IMG/VR virus record: IMGVR_UViG_3300045391_005035
Strand: one strand, 5' to 3'
Source of the DNA: a virus
Length of the DNA: 64,000 bases
Every line of letters starts with the position of its first letter. Positions within the stretch are counted from its first letter, which is position 1. Below, piece after piece: positions 17,436 to 26,779 of the stretch. Both the position numbers and the translations under genes were made by a program. Below the pieces are notes generated by a model. It was not told where the DNA came from. It made no database searches and saw only the letters and a program-made list of their open reading frames with translations.

Positions 17436-19742
17436 TCAGGTCAGCGAGCCGCCGAAGATCGAGCGGGCGAAGATGCCGCCCTCGCCGGTGCGACCCTCGG
17501 ACGTCACCATGGACGTCTTGATGGGCAGCGTGCGGTGCATGACGCTGGTGACCTCGCGCGCCATGTCGATCGGCTGCTCGATCGACACGAACGGCGGCTG
17601 CTGGAGGCCGCCGGGGCCGACCGGCGGCGTGAGCGTCGGGACCGCGATCGGCGAACCGACCACGCCCGGCGTCCCCGCGTCACCCATGCCGGCCGCCGCG
17701 TACATCGTGCCCATGCCGGCCGCCGCCTCGTAGGCGCCGACGCCCGCGGCCGCTTCCATGGTGTCCATCAGGCCGTCGACCGACGCCTGATCGCCCATGC
17801 CGGCCGCCGCGTACATCGTCGGCGATCCGAGGCCGCCGAGCGGCTGGTCGACGTACTCGCCCATCGGCTGATCGACGTACTCGCCCATCGAGGGGTCCTG
17901 CACGTACGCGCCGAGCGGCTGATCGACGTACTCGCCGAAGCCCGCGCCCCAGCGACCGAGGTACGGCGCCGCCTGCGTGCCACGCAGGAGCCGCACGGCG
18001 ACCGCGCAGCCCATGCCCGCGACGATCGGCGTGAGGTTCTGGCGGAGCATCGCCGGCAGCTTGCCGCCGAACGCGATCGCGAGACCCGCGACGCCAGCGC
18101 CGACGAGCGACTTCGTGACGATCGGGTCCGCGCGACCCGCGTCGAGCATGTTCGTGATCGCCGGGACGCCAGCGGCGAGGTTCGCCGCTGCGTTCGCGGC
18201 CATCAGGCCGCCCACGGCGTACGCACCCGGGATCGCGACCTGGTTGATCGGATCGACGCCGAAGATCGTCATGTTGCGCATCAGCACGTAGCGGTTCCGC
18301 TTCATGCCCTTCGAGTGACGACGACGACGGCCGTTGCGGCTGACGTGCTTCTTGCTGTGGCGCTTCCGACTGTTCCGACGCATCGAGGACCTCCCGTTCG
18401 CGCTCACGCGCTTCTTGCTGTACCGCTTCTTGCTGTACCCGGACCGCATCGCGCGGGCGTGGGCATCCGACGCCGCTCCACCGAAGTGGAACTTGCGCAC
18501 GTAGGCGCGCTCGCTCACGTGCCCCGGCACGTAGACGGCGTAGCCCTTGCGCTTGCTGCGCGGGCCGAACTCGACGAGCTGCACGCGCTGCCCGGTCGGG
18601 AGCCCACGACGCTGGCTGACGCGGCCGAGCATGTTCGCCGCCATGCGGATGCCCGCCGCCCGACGCTTCGGGTGCTTGCTCGTGATGTGGATGTACGGCG
18701 GGTTGAAGAGCCGACCGGTGCGGAACGGCGACGCCGCGAAGCCCTTGACGCGCTTGTAGCCGCCACGTGCCTTCGACGTCAGGTGGAAGCGTCCGTGCTT
18801 GCGGCTGAGACGACCACGCTGCTGCGCCTTGCGGCTCGCCCTCGCAGCGACCGCCGCAGCGGACTCGGCAGCCTTCGCGGCGCGACGCGCCTTCGCGGCG
18901 GCCTTGTTCGCCGCCTTCTTGGACGACTTCTTCGCCTTCTTCGCCTTGCTCGTGGCCTTCGAGGCGGCCTTCTTCGCCTTGCTCGCATGCTTGCGTGCGC
19001 TCGCGGCGGCCTTGCTCGCGACCTTCTTCGACGTCGCCTTCTTCGCCTTCGACGCGGCCTTCTTCGCAGCGCTCGCCTGCTTGCTCGCGCTCTTCGCAGC
19101 CTTCGACGCGGCCTTCGCCGTCACGCGGCCGCCGGTCACGGTCGCCGCCGACTTGCTCTTCTTGTGCGACCGCTTCGAGGCCGACGCGAGAGCGCTCGAC
19201 ACGCGCTTGCGCTGCGCGCTCGTCATCGACGCGAACGCTGCCTGCGGACCCGTCGCCTTGCGTCCGCCCTTCGAGCGCCGCCGACCGCTTCCGACGTCGA
19301 TGCCGCGAGCCGCGGCCTTCACGGCCTCGCGATCTGCGGTCGACATGTTGCGACGCATCGCACGCTTGAGCGCCTTGAGGTTGTACGCCATCGAGCTTCT
19401 CCCTGTGTTCCGAAGGACCTGCTTGCGGCTCATGGGACGAGCCATGACCGTTCCCCACTCGTCGACCGCGACGAGGCGAGCACCGTTCGAGTCCGCGTGC
19501 TTCTCGGCCCAGCCGCGGGCACCGCGCACCGTTCGATACGCAGGACTGAGACGCTGATTGCGACCACGCGTCGCGCCGCGGATCCACTGAAATGGATTGC
19601 GCACAGGCGGGCGACCAGGGTTGATCACCGTCATGTGCGTAACGCCGCCCACGTTCGGCTCCATGCCGGGGCTGCGCTCGTACTTCCGAGCGACGGACTT
19701 CGTGCTCTTGCGGTAGACCAAGGCCATCTGGACGCAACTCAC
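17436..19742 (-). CDS. Large core/membrane protein: H1-like and protamine-like DNA-binding regions, 3 TM, GEYVDQP and AAAGMG repeats
   Basis: AKKAASKAKK tract; RHSK tracts; three hydrophobic helices; C-terminal repeats. Start may be ATG 19727. Confidence 0.75.
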   Translation of the reverse strand: MSCVQMALVYRKSTKSVARKYERSPGMEPNVGGVTHMTVINPGRPPVRNPFQWIRGATRGRNQRLSPAYRTVRGARGWAEKHADSNGARLVAVDEWGTVMARPMSRKQVLRNTGRSSMAYNLKALKRAMRRNMSTADREAVKAAARGIDVGSGRRRSKGGRKATGPQAAFASMTSAQRKRVSSALASASKRSHKKSKSAATVTGGRVTAKAASKAAKSASKQASAAKKAASKAKKATSKKVASKAAASARKHASKAKKAASKATSKAKKAKKSSKKAANKAAAKARRAAKAAESAAAVAARASRKAQQRGRLSRKHGRFHLTSKARGGYKRVKGFAASPFRTGRLFNPPYIHITSKHPKRRAAGIRMAANMLGRVSQRRGLPTGQRVQLVEFGPRSKRKGYAVYVPGHVSERAYVRKFHFGGAASDAHARAMRSGYSKKRYSKKRVSANGRSSMRRNSRKRHSKKHVSRNGRRRRHSKGMKRNRYVLMRNMTIFGVDPINQVAIPGAYAVGGLMAANAAANLAAGVPAITNMLDAGRADPIVTKSLVGAGVAGLAIAFGGKLPAMLRQNLTPIVAGMGCAVAVRLLRGTQAAPYLGRWGAGFGEYVDQPLGAYVQDPSMGEYVDQPMGEYVDQPLGGLGSPTMYAAAGMGDQASVDGLMDTMEAAAGVGAYEAAAGMGTMYAAAGMGDAGTPGVVGSPIAVPTLTPPVGPGGLQQPPFVSIEQPIDMAREVTSVMHRTLPIKTSMVTSEGRTGEGGIFARSIFGGSLT

Positions 19743-19802
19743 CCGCTCGACCCCTGAGAGCAGGTGAGAAGCGCGAGAGCGCGCCCCAGGTCTTCGATGA
19801 GA

Positions 19803-19831
19803 ACCCTACGGGGGTCCTTTCCTCGATGCAA
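19803..19831 (-). promoter_or_regulatory. Promoter TTGCAT-N17-TAGGGT for the core/capsid operon
   Basis: Read on the minus strand in the gap upstream of 19742. Confidence 0.6.
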
Positions 19832-19854
19832 GAGAAATCGTCAGCGAGTGATCG

Positions 19855-20073
19855 CTATCCGATCCGACGCGTCGTGTCGTCTGGATGCGGCATAGGCGGG
19901 TTCTGCAAATCGTAGTCGTCCATTCGTGGCGAAGTCGCAGCCTGCATGCGCTCGCTCTTCGGAAGAAGACGCAAGCCACGTGCAGAATCCTTCACGCCAC
20001 GAGCGACTCGTCGCACCTCGGCGAGCTGACGACGCATCTCCGACACATGTGGGTCGACTTTGGTCTCGCTCAT
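19855..20073 (-). CDS. Small hypothetical protein
   Basis: GGAGG RBS; coupled. Confidence 0.55.
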   Translation of the reverse strand: MSETKVDPHVSEMRRQLAEVRRVARGVKDSARGLRLLPKSERMQAATSPRMDDYDLQNPPMPHPDDTTRRIG

Positions 20074-20411
20074 CTAGACCTCCCGTAGCCTCCCGTGGAG
20101 ACGCTTTTCCCCACGATCGCTTCGAGTGAGCTGATTCGCGTTTCGACGCGCGCCAGCGCCTCGATCATGTTCTCGCTCACAGCACGCGTTTCCGCCTGTG
20201 ATCGAACTTGCTCTCTCGCTGCCTCGCTGAAGTCTTTGATGACTGCGATCACCGTGCCAGACACGGCCTTCGAGTCTTCGATGTGCTCCTTGCGCGACTT
20301 CGCAAGCTCTCGCGTCTGATGAAACGCAAATCCTGCAAGCGGCGCGAGGACCAGGAGGAATACTGCTCCGAACGCGCCCCACTGCTGCGTGATCAGCTCG
20401 GCGTTTTCCAT
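20070..20411 (-). CDS. N-terminal TM plus coiled-coil protein, holin-like
   Basis: WGAFGAVFLLVLAPLAGFAF followed by a coiled coil. Confidence 0.45.
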   Translation of the reverse strand: MENAELITQQWGAFGAVFLLVLAPLAGFAFHQTRELAKSRKEHIEDSKAVSGTVIAVIKDFSEAAREQVRSQAETRAVSENMIEALARVETRISSLEAIVGKSVSTGGYGRSR

Positions 20412-20414
20412 GAC

Positions 20415-21083
20415 TCAGCCGTCGATACCTTCCTTGAGCACTCGCAACTTCCCCCCCTTGAGAATACAGAGGAATCCTGCGTCTCCGTTCGGCTGCGGCT
20501 TCGGAGAGAACACTGCGAGCGTGTGTCCATCCGGAGCCGCGAGCAGCCACGTGTTACGTGGGTTCACCTCGTGAATCTGACCGTCGTCGTCACGACGGAC
20601 GAACAACCCGAGGCAGTAGCCAAGGCGCGCCCATGCCGACGACGGCGGCAGCGACACCCTCTCGACGCCCGCGTTGCGCTTCAGCTGCGCCTCCGCGAAC
20701 TTGGCGTTTTCGTAGAGCCGGACGCCCTTGCCTTCGCGGTATTCGCGACCTTCGTAGGGCTCGTGCCGGTGCTTGTAGTCGGTGTCGACTTCCTCTTCGC
20801 CGTCCTTCGTCCACTTGCTCGACCGGTACATCACCGAGAGCGCGTCGCCGACTGGGACGATCTGCGTGGGCGGGTTGTACGGCACGCGAACCACCATGCG
20901 CGGTGCCTTCTGCTGAAAGATCTCGTACCGATCCATCGCTCGGTCGAGCGCGGTGCCAGCGGCGCCGTGGATCTTGTCAGGATCGATCTCCGTTCCGAAT
21001 GTCCGCGCTTCGACGGTGCGATTCGGCTTGAGCTGACGACTCGCTCGACGACCTCGGCTCGACCTCTTGCTCGTGCGCTTCAT
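20415..21083 (-). CDS. Basic-leader globular virion protein
   Basis: MKRTSKRSS...LKPN; YRSSKW...YKHRHE; C-terminus GGKLRVLKEGIDG. Confidence 0.7.
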   Translation of the reverse strand: MKRTSKRSSRGRRASRQLKPNRTVEARTFGTEIDPDKIHGAAGTALDRAMDRYEIFQQKAPRMVVRVPYNPPTQIVPVGDALSVMYRSSKWTKDGEEEVDTDYKHRHEPYEGREYREGKGVRLYENAKFAEAQLKRNAGVERVSLPPSSAWARLGYCLGLFVRRDDDGQIHEVNPRNTWLLAAPDGHTLAVFSPKPQPNGDAGFLCILKGGKLRVLKEGIDG

Positions 21084-21409
21084 CGACGCCTCCACCACCA
21101 TGCGGCCGCCGCCCCGACGAGACCGCCGATCGCGTACTTCTTGAGGTCGTCGTTGCTCGGCATGTCGAGACCGAGTCCCGCGAGCGGACCGGTGCCTCGC
21201 ACGCGAACCTCTCCGCGGCACATGTGGTCGTAGCCGACGAACTGTGCGTCGGACGGCAGCGGATTCATCTGCGTGTCGGGGTCCGCGCCGAGACGGCCGA
21301 CGTTCCGCGGTCGCGGTGGCTTCGGATCGTCACCCACGGAGGCGGGACGGGCGTCGCGATAGATCGCCCACGAGTTGCGGTCCCAGTCCCAAACGGAGTA
21401 CAGCGCCAT
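21080..21409 (-). CDS. Small virion membrane protein
   Basis: LAGLG motif, then C-terminal TM and WWWRRR. Confidence 0.65.
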   Translation of the reverse strand: MALYSVWDWDRNSWAIYRDARPASVGDDPKPPRPRNVGRLGADPDTQMNPLPSDAQFVGYDHMCRGEVRVRGTGPLAGLGLDMPSNDDLKKYAIGGLVGAAAAWWWRRR

Positions 21410-21473
21410 CGGTCCCTTCCTCGGTGACCAAGCGTGCCCGACGTCAGAGTAGCATGGTGATCGTCGACGCCGC

Positions 21474-22079
21474 TTATTTGTTCGCTCGACGCGCGCCGAG
21501 CCAATCCCTCGCAGAGAACGGTCGCCCTTCGTTCCCACTGTTGCGTCGCATCCGGCTCGGATGCGTCTCCAAGCCGTGGCGACGCAGCAGTGCTTCGACG
21601 TTGCGAACCTGGCGCGGCGCGCCGAGGTCATTGCTGACGTAGACGGGCGGCACGTTCTTGTCCGGCGACCTGAAGACCAGGTGGCCGGAGCGAGTGTGCT
21701 CGATCTCCCAGCCAGCTTCGCGCGCCATGTCTTCGATGCGTCGGATGTCGCTGCCGCCGCGCCCACGACTGACGCGCTTGCCGCCGTTCGCGCGCAACGG
21801 GTTCTTCTTCGCTGCCCACCATTCGTGGTCGAGCTTGGCGGTCGCGTCTTCGAGCGCCTCGATCTTCGCGTCGAACACGAGCTTCTCGCGGTCCCAGTCG
21901 TCCCACCGCTCCGCCTTCATCAGCTCGTACATTCGATCGCGTCGCTGCTCCTGAAGCCTCGCGATCTTCTCGTTGATGGGATCGGCTTCCTTGCGGATCT
22001 GCGCTCGCGTCCGGCCTGCGTTCGGGCGAACCTGACGACTCGTGCGACTTGCGATCTTGCGTGATGTTCGTCGCGCCAC
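21474..22079 (-). CDS. Putative cargo polyprotein: coiled coil plus HicA-like domain between xxN motifs
   Basis: VRPN / LRAN / MRRN delimit domains; DIRRIEDMAREAGWEIEHTRSGHLVFRSP is HicA-like. Confidence 0.65.
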   Translation of the reverse strand: MARRTSRKIASRTSRQVRPNAGRTRAQIRKEADPINEKIARLQEQRRDRMYELMKAERWDDWDREKLVFDAKIEALEDATAKLDHEWWAAKKNPLRANGGKRVSRGRGGSDIRRIEDMAREAGWEIEHTRSGHLVFRSPDKNVPPVYVSNDLGAPRQVRNVEALLRRHGLETHPSRMRRNSGNEGRPFSARDWLGARRANK

Positions 22080-22081
22080 GA

Positions 22082-23269
22082 CTACCTCTTCGAGGACTTG
22101 ACCTGTACCGCAACCGGTACGCCGACGAGCGTCTTGGCGTACTCCTCGACACGGAAGTAGCTCCGACCTTGGTCGTCGATACCGCGCACGATGACCGGGA
22201 ACTTCGGGTCGAAGTTGTCGACGATCCAGTGGTACTCGCCCACCTTCGAGGCCCCGATCCTCGTCGACGTCATCGCGCCCTTCAGCGACGCGTTCTTGAA
22301 CTGGACGATCGCCTCGCCCTTCTTCGGCCCGTAGCCGTACTTGTAGAGCCCTGGAGGCAGGCGCTTGAACTTCGCCGCTACACCGGGCGGCAGCATGTCC
22401 GCCATCGTTGTCGGATGACCCTCTTGACGAACGAGCGCGATCGAGTTCCAGACGTCCATCTCGCTCAGCTTGTTGGTCGAGAGATGACGCCCGTTTCGAC
22501 GAATCGGCTCCGAGTGCCACGGCGTGATGTGCGCCTGCCTCAGAGCTGCACCGAGGCTGCGGATCTCGCTACGCTGCGATGGCGTCGCGAAGTCGGCGAG
22601 CGCCTCGATGTGTGCGAACGCGTCCTGTGCGCGCCACGAGTCGCCAGCGCGGAGAGACGACCATGCCTGGGTCAGCTCGCGCTCCAGCTCGTGCTCCAAC
22701 ATGTCGAGCCGTTCTCCGCCACGGTTCGACTGGAGACGAACACGATCACGCGGTTCGAGCGACAGGTGCGAGTGGCCTCGGCCGTCGATGACGTAGGCGC
22801 TTCTCATCGACGGATCGCCGAGCCACCGAGCCATCGCCGTCTCGCGCATCGCGCCGACTGGACCTGCCCCGAACGCATGACGGTGCCCAGCGCTGTCCAC
22901 GCCGATCGCGCGGTACAGCGGAGGCGGGTTGCGTGAAATGCGGCGACCGTTCTTCCTCGGCGGCAAGCCCTTCAACTCGCGCCAGATCGGCTCGTACTTC
23001 TTCGTCGGCGAGATGATCACGGCGAACGATGCTTCGCCGGCGCGGCTGCGCGATGGCACTTCGCGGACCTTCGCGGTGAAGGTGTCTCGGTACGCCGTTC
23101 GGAGCATCGTGGCCTGCTTCTCGGCCTGCTCGCGCGTCTTGAACCGTGATTCCTCGTGCTCCAGCACTTCGCGCGGCGCGGAGCGCTTCGAGCGGAACAT
23201 CCCGAAAGCGTTGCGCGAGACGCGGCGAGCGTTGCGGCTGGTCCTGCGACGTGACGTGCGCTTCACCAT
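22082..23269 (-). CDS. Putative cargo polyprotein with four small domains
   Basis: Linkers VSRN, ISRN, LQSN, IRRN/LSTN separate compact domains. Confidence 0.7.
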   Translation of the reverse strand: MVKRTSRRRTSRNARRVSRNAFGMFRSKRSAPREVLEHEESRFKTREQAEKQATMLRTAYRDTFTAKVREVPSRSRAGEASFAVIISPTKKYEPIWRELKGLPPRKNGRRISRNPPPLYRAIGVDSAGHRHAFGAGPVGAMRETAMARWLGDPSMRSAYVIDGRGHSHLSLEPRDRVRLQSNRGGERLDMLEHELERELTQAWSSLRAGDSWRAQDAFAHIEALADFATPSQRSEIRSLGAALRQAHITPWHSEPIRRNGRHLSTNKLSEMDVWNSIALVRQEGHPTTMADMLPPGVAAKFKRLPPGLYKYGYGPKKGEAIVQFKNASLKGAMTSTRIGASKVGEYHWIVDNFDPKFPVIVRGIDDQGRSYFRVEEYAKTLVGVPVAVQVKSSKR

Positions 23270-23745
23270 AAAAACCAACCCTTCTTCTTCGGAGCTGCGG
23301 CATGGGCACGCGCCGCCTCTTGGACGCCAGCGTTGCGTGCTGCGGTGATCAGGCGCTCGATGCCGTCCTGCGCGCTGTTGATTAGCTCACCACTCCGGAA
23401 GCATTGCTCCGAGTTCGTGTCTTCGCAGTTCAGTTCGAACGCCACTTCAGCGAGCATCGCGGCGCGGACGAATGTGTGCGCGGCTGCCTGAAAGTCGTAG
23501 GTTGTCCAGGCGCGTTCCGCTGCCGCCTCGGCCTTGCGGATCATCGCCGCGGCCTCGTCGAGCATGGTCTCCAGATCGTCGCGCAGAAGATGCCTGGCCT
23601 CGTCCTCCCGTTGCCGGAAGTCGCCGAGATGATGCTCATGCATCTCCGGGATCGTCGAGTTGCGGACGGGCTCGTGCACGCGCCTGCTCGTGCGATTCTT
23701 CGCGCTACGCGGAGCGCGACTGGTCCTTCGCGCCGCGCGAGCCAT
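23263..23745 (-). CDS. Basic-leader helical protein (putative cargo)
   Basis: RRTSR...KNRTSRR...PVRN followed by an acidic helical bundle. Confidence 0.65.
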   Translation of the reverse strand: MARAARRTSRAPRSAKNRTSRRVHEPVRNSTIPEMHEHHLGDFRQREDEARHLLRDDLETMLDEAAAMIRKAEAAAERAWTTYDFQAAAHTFVRAAMLAEVAFELNCEDTNSEQCFRSGELINSAQDGIERLITAARNAGVQEAARAHAAAPKKKGWFLW

Positions 23746-23748
23746 GGC

Positions 23749-24225
23749 TCACGCAGCCGAGCGGTAACGCGACTTGCGCGAACGCTTGTTGCGGCGGACG
23801 TGGCGACGATTCGCCTTCACCGGACCCTTCACGTTCCAGCTCATGTAGGCGATGCCGCCGAGCACCGCGACGCCCACGCCGATCATCACCGGCCAGTACC
23901 AGTCCGGACTCGCGGAGACCGGCGGTGCGGTGGCGGTAGCCGGATCGATGGCCGGAGTCGTCGTGGCCGGAGTCGTCGTGGTCTGCTGACCCGTCGCTGC
24001 GCCGACGATGCTGCTGATGAGCGAGCCACCTGTCGTGAGCGCTGTCGACCAATCGGACGCGGTGTGATCCGCCGTCGTCGTCGTTGTCTTGGTCTGCCCG
24101 AGCCCGAAGAGCCCGTTCGCTCGGTACGGACCCTTGCCCCATCCGAAGAGGCCATGCGCCTCGTAGGGGTTGCCGAGTCCAGCTGCCGCGAAGATTCCGC
24201 GGTTGACGCGATTCGTGTAGCTCAT
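23749..24225 (-). CDS. Virion membrane protein (MSY leader, GLG, Thr-rich stalk, TM, basic tail)
   Basis: MSYT..GIFAAAGLG..LFGLGQ..TM..VKANRRHVRRN. Confidence 0.7.
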   Translation of the reverse strand: MSYTNRVNRGIFAAAGLGNPYEAHGLFGWGKGPYRANGLFGLGQTKTTTTTADHTASDWSTALTTGGSLISSIVGAATGQQTTTTPATTTPAIDPATATAPPVSASPDWYWPVMIGVGVAVLGGIAYMSWNVKGPVKANRRHVRRNKRSRKSRYRSAA

Positions 24226-24551
24226 CACTTCCTCTTCTTTCGGCTCTTCAGCCACCACATGACACCGGCTCCGACGAGCCCCACGCCGACCACGCCCGCG
24301 ACCCCGACACCGACCACCGCGGTCTCCGTCTGCCCGAGGCCGTAAGGTGCAACGCACCCGCGGTACCGCAAACAGGGGAGCACGAGCGACGGCGGCTGGC
24401 TCCAGCACTCGGAGCACGGGCTGTAGGCGACGTAGTCGATGAAGCCGGGGCCATACCATCCGCCACGCCAGCCACGACGCACCCAGCCGTGGCCGCCGCG
24501 ACGAAAGCCGCCGCGGTGGCCCGCGCCATGATGACCCCCGCCGCCACTCAC
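24225..24551 (-). CDS. Small Gly/Arg-rich virion membrane protein
   Basis: RGGW tract, PYGLGQ, TM, KSRKKRK. Confidence 0.65.
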   Translation of the reverse strand: MSGGGGHHGAGHRGGFRRGGHGWVRRGWRGGWYGPGFIDYVAYSPCSECWSQPPSLVLPCLRYRGCVAPYGLGQTETAVVGVGVAGVVGVGLVGAGVMWWLKSRKKRK

Positions 24552-25132
24552 CTGCGCCTCCGCCTGCGCCGACCGTTGTTGTTCAAGATCTTGCTGACCG
24601 TGCGGATCTTCGCCCACTGCGCGAGCACGTATCCCGTGACGCCGAGGCCGAGAATGCCGACGCCGGCCCACATGAGGCCGCGATCGCCCATGCGAGAAAA
24701 CCAATCCCCCCACGACACGTACGAGTGCGTCGAAAGGGTTGGCGCCCCGATGAGAGAACGGTATCGGACCTCGAATCCGTTGTACTCGTTCGCGAAGTTG
24801 TGCAGCGACGATGCCAGACTTCCGCTCGCATACTGACCATCCGCACGGACAGTCGACGACAGCCATTCGCGAAGTCCGGAGGCCGATGCGTCTCCGCTCG
24901 CGACCTGAAGCTGTCGGAAGAACGGCTGCCAGCGCTGCGTGTACCAGACGAGCCACTCGTTGTAGAGGCGTGCCTTGTCGGGGCCGCCACCGAGCAGCGC
25001 GCCCGCATGGGACGTGATGTCGGTGTTCAGCGCCTGCGCCGCGGTATTGATCTGCTGCCCCGCCCCGGTCATGTCACCCGGCGTGTACAGAGACTCCGCG
25101 ACCGTCACCTCTCCGAGGGCTCGGTAGCTCAT
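24548..25132 (-). CDS. Virion membrane protein
   Basis: MSYRALGE...helical body...TM...ILNNNGRRRRRRR. Confidence 0.7.
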   Translation of the reverse strand: MSYRALGEVTVAESLYTPGDMTGAGQQINTAAQALNTDITSHAGALLGGGPDKARLYNEWLVWYTQRWQPFFRQLQVASGDASASGLREWLSSTVRADGQYASGSLASSLHNFANEYNGFEVRYRSLIGAPTLSTHSYVSWGDWFSRMGDRGLMWAGVGILGLGVTGYVLAQWAKIRTVSKILNNNGRRRRRRR

Positions 25133-25707
25133 CGCGCTCCCCGACGGCGACGGTTCCGAAGAAGCCGACGCCGATTCGACGCCATCTTCTTGCGGCGCAT
25201 CATCACGACGCCCGCCACGACGACGACCGAGCTGACGACAGCGACCGGCACGAGCCACGCGCTCGGGCTGCTGTCGGCTGGCGCGAGGGTCGGATCGAGC
25301 GCAGGCGGGACCGGCGTCGAGACGTACGACGTGCCGCTTGTGATCGCGGACGGAGATGGCGGCAACGGCAGGTTCGTCCGGCCGGTCACCGTCGCGAGCG
25401 CCGACCGCGTGTTCGTGCCGTAGATCCCGTCCACCGCCAGGCCGTGGCCGTAGGCGAGCTGGAACGTGCGCACCGCGGGGATCGGCAGGCGGTTCTGTAC
25501 CGCCGTCGGGTTCGCGATCACGGCGGAGATGGCCGCGTTCGCGGTCACCGTCGGATCGGTCTCCGCCAGCGTGAACGTCATGTCCGGCGCCGTCGGCGCC
25601 GCGGCGCCAAGCCCGAGCAGGCCGAACAGACCCGTCGTGCGGCGACGCTTGCCGCCGAAGCTCGCGCCTCGGTAGAACGGAGTCGATCCCAATCCTGCGT
25701 AGCTCAT
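25129..25707 (-). CDS. Membrane-anchored peptidoglycan-binding-domain protein
   Basis: AVRTFQLAYGHGLAVDGIYGTNTRSAL is the PG_binding_1 signature; MSYAGLG leader; TM; MASN/LLRN tail. Confidence 0.8.
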   Translation of the reverse strand: MSYAGLGSTPFYRGASFGGKRRRTTGLFGLLGLGAAAPTAPDMTFTLAETDPTVTANAAISAVIANPTAVQNRLPIPAVRTFQLAYGHGLAVDGIYGTNTRSALATVTGRTNLPLPPSPSAITSGTSYVSTPVPPALDPTLAPADSSPSAWLVPVAVVSSVVVVAGVVMMRRKKMASNRRRLLRNRRRRGAR

Positions 25708-25743
25708 GTTCTTCCTCAACCCTCGCGGCTCATGCCGCTGTGA

Positions 25744-26385
25744 TCAGACCTTCTGTCCCTCGTCGCGCAAGGCGTCGATGTAGTCCTCCCACGCCTTGCC
25801 CTTCTTGCCGCCGCCCGGATAGAAGCCGACGACGCCGCCCTCGTGCTCGACAGCAGAGAGACCCTCGCGCTTCGCGAGCTTGTCCAGCTCCTTGATCGGA
25901 GGCTTCACGCCCTTGCAGTGGATCGTGACGAGCGGCGAAACCTGCTTGAGCTTCTTCGCTGCGTCGTCGGCGTCCGTATAGATCGTCGTCTTGTCCCCGA
26001 CGCCGTTCTTCTGAAGGCTCACTCGAAGCCGATCGCCGAACGCCGACCGACTCGGTGACCACCCGGCAGGCAGCGCCGGCAGCGAGGAGCCGCCCTCGGA
26101 GTCGCCTGGATTCTTCGCGACGGCGTCCTTGTTCTTCGTGAAGAAGTAGTAGGCGAGGCCGGCGCCGACGGCACCCAGGCCCCATCCCCAGACCGGAACG
26201 CCGGCCAGACGGCGCTGAAGCAGCGACTCCGGCGCCGTCTGCGTCGGAATCTGCGCGAGCGAATGCGCCTGCTGCTGCGCGATCGACAGCGGAAAGAGCT
26301 GCATCTGCATCGACGGCGGCGCGTGTCCCGGATGCTGCTCCATGTACTCGGCCTCGATCTGGTCGTACTCGTCCATGTGCCCCAC
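25744..26385 (-). CDS. Virion membrane protein with C-terminal globular domain
   Basis: GVPVWGWGLGAVGAGLAYYFF TM followed by VAKN. Confidence 0.65.
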   Translation of the reverse strand: MGHMDEYDQIEAEYMEQHPGHAPPSMQMQLFPLSIAQQQAHSLAQIPTQTAPESLLQRRLAGVPVWGWGLGAVGAGLAYYFFTKNKDAVAKNPGDSEGGSSLPALPAGWSPSRSAFGDRLRVSLQKNGVGDKTTIYTDADDAAKKLKQVSPLVTIHCKGVKPPIKELDKLAKREGLSAVEHEGGVVGFYPGGGKKGKAWEDYIDALRDEGQKV

Positions 26386-26396
26386 GTTCCTTCTCT

Positions 26397-26777
26397 TCAG
26401 CGACTGTGCCGGCGCGAGCGACGCCGACGCTTGCCACCACGGTTGGCCGTCACGGTACCACTACGACGACCGCCTCTCATCATGAGAACGGCGACCAGGC
26501 CGACGACGGCGACGCCGCCGACGACGTAGAGCACCGTGTTGTTGTTCGACGCGGGGGCCGTGTACGCGCTGGGCGGCGGCATGTACGCCGCGCCACCGCT
26601 CTTGTCCGGCGCTGGCGGCATGTACGCCGCGCCACCGCTCTTCGCTCCCGTGGTGGCGCCGCCGGTCGTGGCGAGCGTCGAGATCAGCTCGTCGGACGCC
26701 GCGTCCGGAAGCGGAGCTGTCGCCGTCGTCGTCTGGCCGAGGCCGTCGAAGAGGTTGCCACCGAAGATCCCAGCCAT
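26397..26777 (-). CDS. Small virion membrane protein
   Basis: MAGIFGGNLFDGLGQ; 2x KSGGAAYMPP; TM; VTAN-RGGKRRRR. Confidence 0.7.
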   Translation of the reverse strand: MAGIFGGNLFDGLGQTTTATAPLPDAASDELISTLATTGGATTGAKSGGAAYMPPAPDKSGGAAYMPPPSAYTAPASNNNTVLYVVGGVAVVGLVAVLMMRGGRRSGTVTANRGGKRRRRSRRHSR

Positions 26778-26779
26778 GA

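Noticed and set aside
17535-19757. Long alternative ORFs (740 aa plus strand, 685 aa minus strand) and similar ones such as 33997-35808 and 37277-38911
   Set aside because: Shadow frames expected in high-GC DNA with biased codons; they overlap better-supported genes and give Arg-rich nonsense composition
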